A DNA stretch of 45,600 nt, taken from the IMG/VR virus record IMGVR_UViG_3300033407_000031, positions 1 through 45,600 of that record; one strand, written 5' to 3'. The notes beneath the pieces were generated by a model, which had not been told where the DNA came from, made no database searches, and worked only from the letters and a program-made list of their open reading frames with translations. This document shows positions 1 to 7,034 of the stretch, one piece after another. A program made the position numbers and the translations under genes. Position 1 is the first letter of the stretch. Every line of letters starts with the position of its first letter. Origin of the DNA: a virus. Its lineage: Duplodnaviria > Caudoviricetes.

Positions 1-162
1 TAATCTCCCCGGTCAAAAACGACTGCAACTGCATAGACTGCTCCATAAGGTGTCGCGCTGCGAAGAGAAGGTTGGTGCCTTGGAGGTCGGAGAGCCCGTT
101 CTCCTTGGCGAGGCGCTGCACGATAGAAACCACGAGCTTATCTTGCGTAGTCATCTGGTCAC

Positions 163-429
163 TCACTTTGTGGACTCCTTTGAACTCTGTTCAATCATGT
201 CACGATAGACGAGGTCAAGTACCTTCATCACCCGACTGGCCGTGTTCAGGTGATCCACCTTGGTGCCGTTTGGATCCTTCTTCTCCATGAGTGAAAGAAT
301 GCTCAACACTGTGTTGTTCACCGTGCTTAGTAAGAAAAGGAAGTGGACCGTCTGCTCTGGAGTGTACCCAGCCTCCACGCACAGTCTCTCGGTGAACTCG
401 ATGACCTGCTCGGACTCCTGAAACTTCAT
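163..429 (-). CDS. hypothetical protein (88 aa)
   Basis: Start abuts the stop of 429..908 (TAATG), with an AGGA-type RBS. Last gene of the leftward array. Confidence 0.65.
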   Translation of the reverse strand: MKFQESEQVIEFTERLCVEAGYTPEQTVHFLFLLSTVNNTVLSILSLMEKKDPNGTKVDHLNTASRVMKVLDLVYRDMIEQSSKESTK

Positions 430-908
430 TACTCTATTCCTTTCTTGGGTTGAAGAAAGTCGGGAAGGTCGGCCTCGAGAGAGCCCACCCGCAGATCTGG
501 GTCCCCCGGAGGAGCGAGAATCCCCCGCCAGAGCCGATCCCCCCCGAGGATGTTACTCCTGCGGCAGTTGAGGGCGTCCCGGTCCGCGAGGTAAACTCGC
601 TCCCGATCGGAAAGCTCCGCGAGGAGCAAGGCGAAGTCCCCGCGTTGAAGCTCGCTCGAGACCGCCAAGGCGTCGGCCGGAGCGAGGTCCATGAACGCTC
701 GGACGATCCGAGGGATCGGGATGGGGATCCGGTGGACGGGCTTGGGAGGCGAGAGAAGGTACGGGACCCACTTGTTCGCTCGAGGCCGGCGAAGGTGAAT
801 CTCGAGCGGGAGCAAAAGCTCGTAGTCCTCCTCGGAACAAAGGAGCGAGAACCTCGGCTCGCCTCCGTAGGAAACCGGAACAACGTACGGCCACGGGTCA
901 TGCGTCAC
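429..908 (-). CDS. degenerate HNH-endonuclease-like protein
   Basis: LLCSEEDYELL and DRDALNCRRSNI resemble the xVDDEDYExL and DHINGDxLDNRRxNL motifs of phage HNH proteins, but the catalytic His residues are missing. Confidence 0.5.
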   Translation of the reverse strand: MTHDPWPYVVPVSYGGEPRFSLLCSEEDYELLLPLEIHLRRPRANKWVPYLLSPPKPVHRIPIPIPRIVRAFMDLAPADALAVSSELQRGDFALLLAELSDRERVYLADRDALNCRRSNILGGDRLWRGILAPPGDPDLRVGSLEADLPDFLQPKKGIE

Positions 909-1218
909 TGGCGGGACTCCTTGGAATGATGGTGACCCAGAGGATGTTGACCCCTGGAAAGAGACGACGGATGGTCCAAACTGTGTTGCAAAGGAGCGAA
1001 ACAGGTCGGCCGGAGAGTCTGTACCGTGGAGAAAGGACCAGCTTCCTCCATTTCTCCCTGCGGCTCCGGTGGGGTCGCTCGTCCCTGGCGATGATGGTGG
1101 CCAGGTCGCCTACGATGGGCCAGAGCTCCGCGACTGCTTCGGCACAGATAGATAGCGTCATTTCTTTGTCATACCAGAAATTAAAGCACCGTTGGATATC
1201 CTTCCTGTGTTCGTTCAT
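898..1218 (-). CDS. hypothetical protein, tandem paralog family member 1
   Basis: IC-x7-WP, WRK, RLSGRPVSL and FPGVNILWV match motifs in neighbouring ORFs. ATGA coupling. Confidence 0.8.
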   Translation of the reverse strand: MNEHRKDIQRCFNFWYDKEMTLSICAEAVAELWPIVGDLATIIARDERPHRSRREKWRKLVLSPRYRLSGRPVSLLCNTVWTIRRLFPGVNILWVTIIPRSPASDA

Positions 1219-1529
1219 TCTGGTAACCCCTTCAGGTTGACCCAGAGGACCTTAACCCCTGGAAAGACGTGTTGTAGGGTCTGTTGTGTCGTCGTTCCGA
1301 GAGAAACGTGCTTGCCGGAGAGCCTATCTGGTGGGACGAACTTCCTCCACCCCTTACGCGACTTTGGCTTCTCGTCCTGAACGGTCAGGAGAACCCTCTC
1401 GCAGTCCCCCAGGGCTGGCCAGAAGCGGAGGGTAGTGAACCGACAGAGGTAAACAAACGGCCACCGACACTCCGTCCACCAACACTCCTTGTACTCGTCT
1501 TGAATAAGCTCTCGGGTGAACTTGGTCAC
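1215..1529 (-). CDS. hypothetical protein, tandem paralog family member 2
   Basis: YLC-x7-WP, LTVQD, WRKFVP, DRLSGKHVSL, FPGVKVLWV. Confidence 0.8.
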   Translation of the reverse strand: MTKFTRELIQDEYKECWWTECRWPFVYLCRFTTLRFWPALGDCERVLLTVQDEKPKSRKGWRKFVPPDRLSGKHVSLGTTTQQTLQHVFPGVKVLWVNLKGLPE

Positions 1530-1873
1530 TTCGGGCTCTCCTTTGGAACGACGGTGACCCAGAGCTCCGTTGCCTCTGGGAATACCGTTCTAAGGGACGT
1601 TCTGGTCGTTGTGGTTAGAGTGACCGGATGGTCCGAGAGGCGATCAGGACTGTAAGGGTACGCCGCCGGGACGAACCTTCTCCACCGAGCTACTGGGGAT
1701 CCCTCCGGGGGTACATCCTGGACGGTCAAGGTGGCCCACGAATGGCCGTCAAGCTCTGGCCAGAAAAAACAGAGCGTCTCGTAGCAAAGATAAACACGAG
1801 GCTTGTCCGCGTCGACTGTACGCCACTCCAGCTCCGCGAGGTCAAACTCGATCTCGACGGTAATGGTTGTCAT
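1526..1873 (-). CDS. hypothetical protein, tandem paralog family member 3
   Basis: ATG at 1873 after GGAAGGA. YLC-x7-WP, LTVQD, WRRFVP, DRLSDHPVTL, FPEATELWV. Confidence 0.8.
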   Translation of the reverse strand: MTTITVEIEFDLAELEWRTVDADKPRVYLCYETLCFFWPELDGHSWATLTVQDVPPEGSPVARWRRFVPAAYPYSPDRLSDHPVTLTTTTRTSLRTVFPEATELWVTVVPKESPK

Positions 1874-1904
1874 GAACTTAAGTCCTTCCAAGTGAGTACC
1901 TTCG

Positions 1905-2090
1905 TCACTCCCGGTGCTGCTCCACGACCTGAAAGAGCCCAAGATCGTGAAGCGCCTGGACCGCACTCGTAAACCCGATGTCAAAGACGACCTCCGGCTC
2001 GAACCGGAGCGTCGGCTGGTTCGCGAGGAACCGCGATCGGGCGATCTGCCGCATCGAGTCGATCGTCGTTCGGGAGAGGGGTGGCCTCAT
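1905..2090 (-). CDS. hypothetical protein (61 aa)
   Basis: ATGA overlap with 2087..2386. Fills the gap in the array. Confidence 0.55.
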   Translation of the reverse strand: MRPPLSRTTIDSMRQIARSRFLANQPTLRFEPEVVFDIGFTSAVQALHDLGLFQVVEQHRE

Positions 2091-2386
2091 TGGGAAGCTC
2101 CTAGAGCTACGTAGAACGGGAATGGCCCAAGGAGTTCTCTAAGCCACCTCCAGGTATTTCCACAGAGATGTACTCGATCACCACCTACTACACAAACTGG
2201 ATACCGATCCCACTCGACCCTCTTTGCCTCTGGGTTGGAAGTCACCCAAAGGATCTCGAAAACTGCTGTATTGCAGTCCTCCAAGGCTGGCCAGTATTCT
2301 TCGATAAGTCCTGCACAGAGAAGGGCTCCCTGCGTGTTGTCGATGGACCAATCCCCCAATTGCCTAGAGATCTTAAGCTCCATCAC
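2087..2386 (-). CDS. hypothetical protein, tandem paralog family member 4 (diverged)
   Basis: LLC-x7-WPALEDC and RVHLCGNTWRWLR match the family pattern. Confidence 0.75.
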   Translation of the reverse strand: MMELKISRQLGDWSIDNTQGALLCAGLIEEYWPALEDCNTAVFEILWVTSNPEAKRVEWDRYPVCVVGGDRVHLCGNTWRWLRELLGPFPFYVALGASQ

Positions 2387-2723
2387 TTGGCTCCTTTGTT
2401 GGCTCGAGGGTAACCCAGAACACCTCTGTCCCGAAGACTCCCCGAATCCTCTGGTAGGTTACTCTGAAGAGCTCTACCCGACGCCCCTCGAGGTACCCAT
2501 AGTGACCCTCGCTCGTGTCGGGCTCCAGCTGGAAACTGACCCACCTTCCGTCCGCAAAGGGCGGACCGGTCTGCGCGCAGAGGGTCCCTCCTCCCACTCC
2601 GAGCCCCGGCCACCACTTCTCCACAACACCTCGACAGAGACGGACGCGGAGAGGGGGGAAGGGGTGCTCGGTCTCAAACCAGTCTGGACCTTCGAGCTCG
2701 AACCTAACCTTAACCTCCATCAC
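2373..2723 (-). CDS. hypothetical protein, tandem paralog family member 5 (diverged)
   Basis: RLC-x7-WPGL and RVELFRVTYQRIRGVFGTEVFWV. GGAG RBS. Confidence 0.75.
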   Translation of the reverse strand: MMEVKVRFELEGPDWFETEHPFPPLRVRLCRGVVEKWWPGLGVGGGTLCAQTGPPFADGRWVSFQLEPDTSEGHYGYLEGRRVELFRVTYQRIRGVFGTEVFWVTLEPTKEPSDGA

Positions 2724-2914
2724 TGGGACTCCTTAAGTGGCACAACTTCGACCTCCCATCCCTTTCCCCTACAGTACTTGAGAATCCTCTCGAGCGGCCA
2801 CCCTTCCATGTTTCGGAGGTTCGGAGCCCTGTAGAGACCCCGACCCGCCCGGTCGAGCACAACGCCGGAGAATCCGCGAGGGGTCTTAATAATGACGAGG
2901 TGCCGTTCGTTCAT
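2720..2914 (-). CDS. hypothetical protein (64 aa)
   Basis: Coupled at both ends (ATGA/GTGA). Protein-like composition (APNLRNMEGWPLERILKYCRGKGWEVE). Confidence 0.7.
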   Translation of the reverse strand: MNERHLVIIKTPRGFSGVVLDRAGRGLYRAPNLRNMEGWPLERILKYCRGKGWEVEVVPLKESQ

Positions 2915-3231
2915 CGCGGTCCTCCCTCGAGCTCGGAGCTCGCCCCGTCCTCGTCCCCTCCGAGCATATACTGCACCAGATCGATATGCTCCGCTCCATC
3001 ATCCGCGTCCCGCTCGCCCCGAAGGGCGTAGTCCCCTTCCTCGGGACCTCGTCCCGAGGCCTCCCGCCCACAGCCCTTGCAAAGAACTCCGAACCTCCAC
3101 CCATCATCCGGGTCCCACCACCTGACCGAACGCGGAATTGGCTCCTCGCCGCAAATCCCACAGAACCCGGATCCGTACCACCGCTCGGTCCCGAGAACCA
3201 CGAGCCCCGGTCCGTCCTTGTGCGTGCTCAT
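2911..3231 (-). CDS. small Cys-rich (CxxC...CxxC) protein
   Basis: FCGICG...LCKGC zinc-finger-like pairs, acidic tail, ATGA coupling. Confidence 0.7.
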   Translation of the reverse strand: MSTHKDGPGLVVLGTERWYGSGFCGICGEEPIPRSVRWWDPDDGWRFGVLCKGCGREASGRGPEEGDYALRGERDADDGAEHIDLVQYMLGGDEDGASSELEGGPR

Positions 3232-3476
3232 GCGCTGGCTCCTGGAGTGACTCTGGCCCCTGGCCGGAGGGTTCCGACGACCCTGGCGACCTCAATTGCT
3301 ATGTCCGGCTCGGAGCAGATCGCGACCGCTCCGACGATGGTGTTCCACGGTGTGATTGTGAGCGTTCGGTCCGACTTGTCCCACGACAAGCTCTTGGCCT
3401 TCTCGAGAAGCTCCTTGAGCCTCTCCTCGATCTCGAACGGCTCGTCCGCTGGAACTGCGAAGACTAGGACTCTCAT
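3228..3476 (-). CDS. hypothetical protein (82 aa)
   Basis: GGGAG RBS before the ATG. Stop overlaps the next start. Confidence 0.65.
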   Translation of the reverse strand: MRVLVFAVPADEPFEIEERLKELLEKAKSLSWDKSDRTLTITPWNTIVGAVAICSEPDIAIEVARVVGTLRPGARVTPGASA

Positions 3477-3509
3477 ACGTGTGCTCCCTTCGAAGTGACT
3501 CTCGCTCCC

Positions 3510-3770
3510 TCACCCACCTCCGACGTGCGGGGTCGCCTTGCCGTCCGGGTTCCGTGCGACTGACGCTACCCACTCCCCCCCGTCATAAACCGCTGGAAAG
3601 TAAACACGGAGCTTCGTCCAGATCGTAAACGGCGTACCGTCCCTGCTCCCGTACCCATCATCAAACACCAGGTCGAGCTCCTCCTCCGAGAGCGTGCTCG
3701 CCTCGACGTCCACCCAACCTTCCCCACGGTCCTCCATCTCTGCTTCGATTAACTCTTTCCACGTTGCCAT
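3510..3770 (-). CDS. conserved-looking phage hypothetical protein (FDDGYG...PFTIWT...RVYFP...YDG)
   Basis: ATG at 3770 after AAGGAA. The motif string recalls a recurrent small phage family of unknown function (from memory). Confidence 0.75.
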   Translation of the reverse strand: MATWKELIEAEMEDRGEGWVDVEASTLSEEELDLVFDDGYGSRDGTPFTIWTKLRVYFPAVYDGGEWVASVARNPDGKATPHVGGG

Positions 3771-3850
3771 GACGTTCCTTTCGCTTGTGGGCCTCCTCTG
3801 GCCCTTGGCCGGAGAACGGCCCCGCACCGCTCTGCTCCGCACCGCTCTCA

Positions 3851-4063
3851 CTAGTTATTCGACAGGGGTGGGGTCTCTCCCTTTTCTCCCTTGGACTCCC
3901 TGCTGCTCTCGACCGCTCGAAGAAGCCCCCGAGCCAGAACCTCCGCGGCCTTCGAGGGAATCACAAGAACCATCGGGTCCTCCCCGTCTGCTCCGAGAAA
4001 GACAACCTTAACCCAGTCCTCCCAAACACTGATCTCGACCCCTGTTGCCCTAATCACGATCAT
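3851..4063 (-). CDS. hypothetical protein (70 aa)
   Basis: GGAGG RBS, ATGA coupling. Confidence 0.65.
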   Translation of the reverse strand: MIVIRATGVEISVWEDWVKVVFLGADGEDPMVLVIPSKAAEVLARGLLRAVESSRESKGEKGETPPLSNN

Positions 4064-4230
4064 GGCGCGACCTCCACTTTCTCTCTCTCGCTCCCGTCGA
4101 CCATCCGCTGGAGCACTACGGCGAGATCGACCAGACCGTCCGCTCGAAGCTCAAGCGTGACCCAGACCGTCCTGTCTTGAAACATGACCAGAAACCGATC
4201 CTTCCCGAACCGAGTAACTTCGACCGTCAC
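4060..4230 (-). CDS. hypothetical protein
   Basis: GTG at 4230 overlaps the TGA of 4227..4424. GGAGG upstream. Confidence 0.55.
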   Translation of the reverse strand: MTVEVTRFGKDRFLVMFQDRTVWVTLELRADGLVDLAVVLQRMVDGSEREKVEVAP

Positions 4231-4424
4231 CTCGCACCTCCTCCCGTCGGGAGCACCCTCGTCACCTCGCGAACCTGCCCAATGACGTACCCACCGGCCC
4301 AGACGAGCTGGGCGTGATTCCGCTGGGACTCCGACCGCCAAGCGTGCCTCCTCCTGCCTCGCTCTGTCCGTGGCCCCGGTCCGCCGGAGTACCGTTGCAC
4401 TCGCTCGCGCTCTCGCTTCGACAT
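4227..4424 (-). CDS. small basic protein, first gene of the leftward array
   Basis: GAGGAG RBS 7 nt before ATG 4424. Confidence 0.55.
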   Translation of the reverse strand: MSKRERERVQRYSGGPGPRTERGRRRHAWRSESQRNHAQLVWAGGYVIGQVREVTRVLPTGGGAR

Positions 4425-4616
4425 GACTAGACTCCTCGGGCGAAATTGCCCAACGCCCCGAACGGCCCTTCGACCGCCCTGAGCTCGCCCCCTCCTCCCT
4501 AAGTGACTCCCGCCTCCGCGTGTGACTCCGCCTCGACCCGTCCCCTCGCGGCCTCCTCGCCCTGCGAAGCCGCCGCGAGGCCGCCTCGCGAACCGACCTG
4601 GTGCCTACGGTCGTGC

Positions 4617-4632
4617 TGGTACGCCCTTTGCA
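4617..4632 (+). promoter_or_regulatory. sigma54 (RpoN) -24/-12 promoter motif
   Basis: TGGTACGCCCTTTGCA versus consensus TGGCACG-N4-TTGCW. GG-N10-GC spacing is exact. Confidence 0.7.
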
Positions 4633-4661
4633 CCACCTTAGTGACTAGGGACCGAACTTCC

Positions 4662-4688
4662 GTAAGTTGGGCTCCCGCCCTGACTTAC
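4662..4688. promoter_or_regulatory. GTAAGT-N15-ACTTAC palindromic protein-binding site, copy 1
   Basis: GTAAGT tgggctcccgccctg ACTTAC. Recurs at 4880-4906 and 45450-45476. Confidence 0.7.
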
Positions 4689-4879
4689 AATCGCGTCCCT
4701 TGTCCCTTATCCCTTGTCCTGGCCCCCTGCTCGGCCCTGAGAGCTCCGACCTGAGAGCTCCGACCTGAGGGTCTCTCTCTCTCCTCTCTCTCTACTCTCT
4801 CTCTCAAACATATCAGAAGGGGCTCCGGGGGGCCGGGGGGACCCCCAAAAACAAGGGACAAGTGACAAGTGACGCAAAC

Positions 4880-4906
4880 GTAAGTAACGGACTGGACTAC
4901 ACTTAT
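4880..4906. promoter_or_regulatory. GTAAGT-N15-ACTTAT palindromic site, copy 2
   Basis: Same 15-nt spacer. Lies 29 bp from the - strand sigma54 box, mirroring copy 1. Confidence 0.7.
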
Positions 4907-4935
4907 AACAATCATGTCACTAGTCCCTTACCTAT

Positions 4936-4951
4936 TGCAAACCCCGTACCA
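4936..4951 (-). promoter_or_regulatory. sigma54 -24/-12 promoter motif
   Basis: Reverse complement reads TGGTACGGGGTTTGCA, with exact GG-N10-GC spacing. Confidence 0.7.
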
Positions 4952-5329
4952 GCACGGTCCTTGTAACTATGGACCTGACTAGTCAGGGGAAAACGGCCCG
5001 TAGGGGCGAGTAGGGCCGGGGGCCTACCTATCGGGCCGGGGGCCCTACTCGCGAACGTGGCCGATTCTAGCGGCCCTAGCGGCCAAACTAGCGACCCGCC
5101 CCCGCGGCCCCTAGCCGCGAACGCGGCCCCCGCCGCCGCCCCGAACGCGACCTGCCCTAGAACGCCCCGTAGCGGCCCGGCACGGCCGGTCGGCCCGTTA
5201 CGGGGCCGGAGGCCAAGGTCGGGCACGTGGCCGAACCTAGCCCCCCTAGCGGGCCGCGAGGCTAGGGAACGCCCCCCCGCCCGGCCCACCAACCCCATGA
5301 ACACCGTTCATTCCCCCCGTGAACGGCGT

Positions 5330-5854
5330 TCACGACAATCCAGGAACGAAATTCTCTGGAACAAGCTCCGTCTCATTGACCCCCCGAACCGCCGCAAAGT
5401 TGCTCTGAGGCATCGGGAGGTTTTCCGCTTCCGCAAGATCGAGCAACCAATGTCGCAACGTCTCCTCGGCCCCGTCTTCCCGCCGCAGAACCGCTACGGT
5501 CAACCGATTGTAGTCGGCAGTGATCGTGGGGTCCCCATGCGTCAGGGCCGTAACCTTCGCCAGATCCAGCCGAGCTTCCTGAGCCTTCTCATCCCCGACC
5601 GTGCCGAAATCCCGCTCCGCCAGATCGCACGCATTGAAGATCAACGCGTGGGGACCCGTTGCCCGAATGACATTCCCGTGCCTGTCCTTCCCGATGATTC
5701 TGGCGTAAGCAGAGTATCGGGACCGCATCAGGACGATGAGATCTTCGATCGGCGTGTCGTTCGGGTTCCACACAGGCCGAGCCCAGTCCCGAACCGGCGT
5801 CTTACCACCAACCCGGCCGATCTTCATCCGTTGCCATTTAATCATAGCCATCAC
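5330..5854 (-). CDS. hypothetical protein (174 aa), stand-alone gene
   Basis: GGAAGGA RBS, globular composition, flanked by non-coding DNA. Confidence 0.75.
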   Translation of the reverse strand: MMAMIKWQRMKIGRVGGKTPVRDWARPVWNPNDTPIEDLIVLMRSRYSAYARIIGKDRHGNVIRATGPHALIFNACDLAERDFGTVGDEKAQEARLDLAKVTALTHGDPTITADYNRLTVAVLRREDGAEETLRHWLLDLAEAENLPMPQSNFAAVRGVNETELVPENFVPGLS

Positions 5855-6296
5855 ACTATCCTTCCAACTAGCCTAGCATCCGAACCTCTAGCAGGGCTCC
5901 GGCCCCGCTAGTCCTGCGGTCGCGTTGTTGCGAACCGTACCCTACTTGTACGCTCGACCCGCCCCGCGGTTCGCCCGGTTCAACAAAGGATAAAGATTCT
6001 TTTTATCGCCCGCCCGTCTCCATGAGATCTGTAGATCTTGAGAGTAAGATCTCCTCTGATCGGATTGGCCCTGCGGCAGTGGATCAGGAGAGTAATAGAT
6101 CTTGAGAGCGGGAGGTCCCCCGATCACCCCCCAGGGGGGCCCCTAGCGCGAATAAATGAAACCGTCAATAATTTTCCAGTCTTAGGGTACCTACCTACTT
6201 TGGGCACCATTCAAGTATAGCCAAGCCCCGCCCACGCGGGGGAGCGGGGGAGCGGGGGAGGACCCCCGCAGGGACCACCCGAACCGGAACGGCCCG

Positions 6297-7016
6297 ATGG
6301 ACCCATCTCGAGAAATCAAGAAGCTCTCGCATAGGCACCTTGCGATTATGGAGCTGTGGCTGGCGGGGGTGCGCAGGAAGGATATCGCGGCGAGGTTGGG
6401 GTATACGCCGAGCGGGGTGAGGATGATAGTCGAGTCGCCCCTCTTTCAGGAAGAGGCTGCGAAGAGGCGGGAGGGCCGGCTCAGGGAGGCATCGGAGCGC
6501 GGGAGGGCGTCGCGGGATCGGGCGCTCGAGGCGCTCGAGGAGGCGTCGGAGGCCGCCGCGATGGTTCATGTGGGGGCGCTCGGGGATCCGGATGTCCGGG
6601 CGAGGCAGGCGAGTGCGGAGGCGATTCTCAACCGCGTTTTTGGTCGCACGGGAGAGGCGAGCGGGGAGAAGCTCCGGCCGGTGAATATTACGGTGGAGCA
6701 GTTGCAGATGATTCAGGTCGCGCTCCGGGAGGCAAGCGGTCCGGGCCAGAGTCACGACGAGCGTCGAGCGGTGGGGTACTCCGGGGGGGAAGGGAGTCCC
6801 ACCGTAGGTGAGAGTCACCCGAGCGGAGGGTACTCCGAACGCGCGGGAGGGAGTTACTCCGAACTTTCGGCCGTAGGTGAGAGTCCCGTACGGCCCAGCA
6901 CAGAGAAGCTCCGAACCGCTCTCGCAGGGGGCGATCTCCGAACTGCCCTCGGGAAGGGTCAATGGAACGATCCCACCGTAGGTGAGAGTAACGCCCCTTC
7001 GGAGGCACGGGAGTGA
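6297..7016 (+). CDS. terS: terminase small subunit (N-terminal HTH)
   Basis: HTH-like RRKDIAARLGYTPSGVRMIV, then a helical region (ARQASAEAILNR). Directly upstream of and coupled to TerL. Repetitive C-terminal tail. Confidence 0.75.
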   Translation: MDPSREIKKLSHRHLAIMELWLAGVRRKDIAARLGYTPSGVRMIVESPLFQEEAAKRREGRLREASERGRASRDRALEALEEASEAAAMVHVGALGDPDVRARQASAEAILNRVFGRTGEASGEKLRPVNITVEQLQMIQVALREASGPGQSHDERRAVGYSGGEGSPTVGESHPSGGYSERAGGSYSELSAVGESPVRPSTEKLRTALAGGDLRTALGKGQWNDPTVGESNAPSEARE

Positions 7017-7034
7017 TGGATCTCCGAACTGCAG
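6766..7034 (+). repeat. interspersed direct repeats in the terS 3' end
   Basis: CCGTAGGTGAGAGT at 6802, 6871 and 6976. CTCCGAAC at 6833, 6857, 6909, 6936 and 7022. Confidence 0.8.

Larger units (their letters stand above)
4612..4956. repeat. 345-bp mirror-symmetric element: 106-bp imperfect inverted arms (4612-4717 and 4851-4956) around a repetitive core; candidate origin or regulatory hub
   Basis: The arms align without gaps. By hand count, motif blocks are 61/70 identical and spacers 11/36. The core has a 14-bp tandem repeat (4736-4763) and a CT tract (4772-4805). Confidence 0.9.

Noticed and set aside
898-2723. Paralog array as a diversity-generating retroelement target
   Set aside because: No reverse transcriptase, and no near-identical template/variable repeat pair differing at adenines.
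4612-4956. Symmetric element as a MITE/IS, an invertible segment or one long RNA hairpin
   Set aside because: Spacers between motifs are near random identity, so the arms would pair poorly. No transposase, invertase or target duplication was seen.
5298-5332. LexA (SOS) boxes
   Set aside because: The spacing is GAAC-N3-GTTC, not the GAAC-N4-GTTC of Gram-positive LexA.
4685-5911. ORFs 4685..4915(-), 4912..5304(-) and 5057..5911(+)
   Set aside because: Low-complexity translations of repeat DNA, or antisense to the better-supported 5330..5854 gene.
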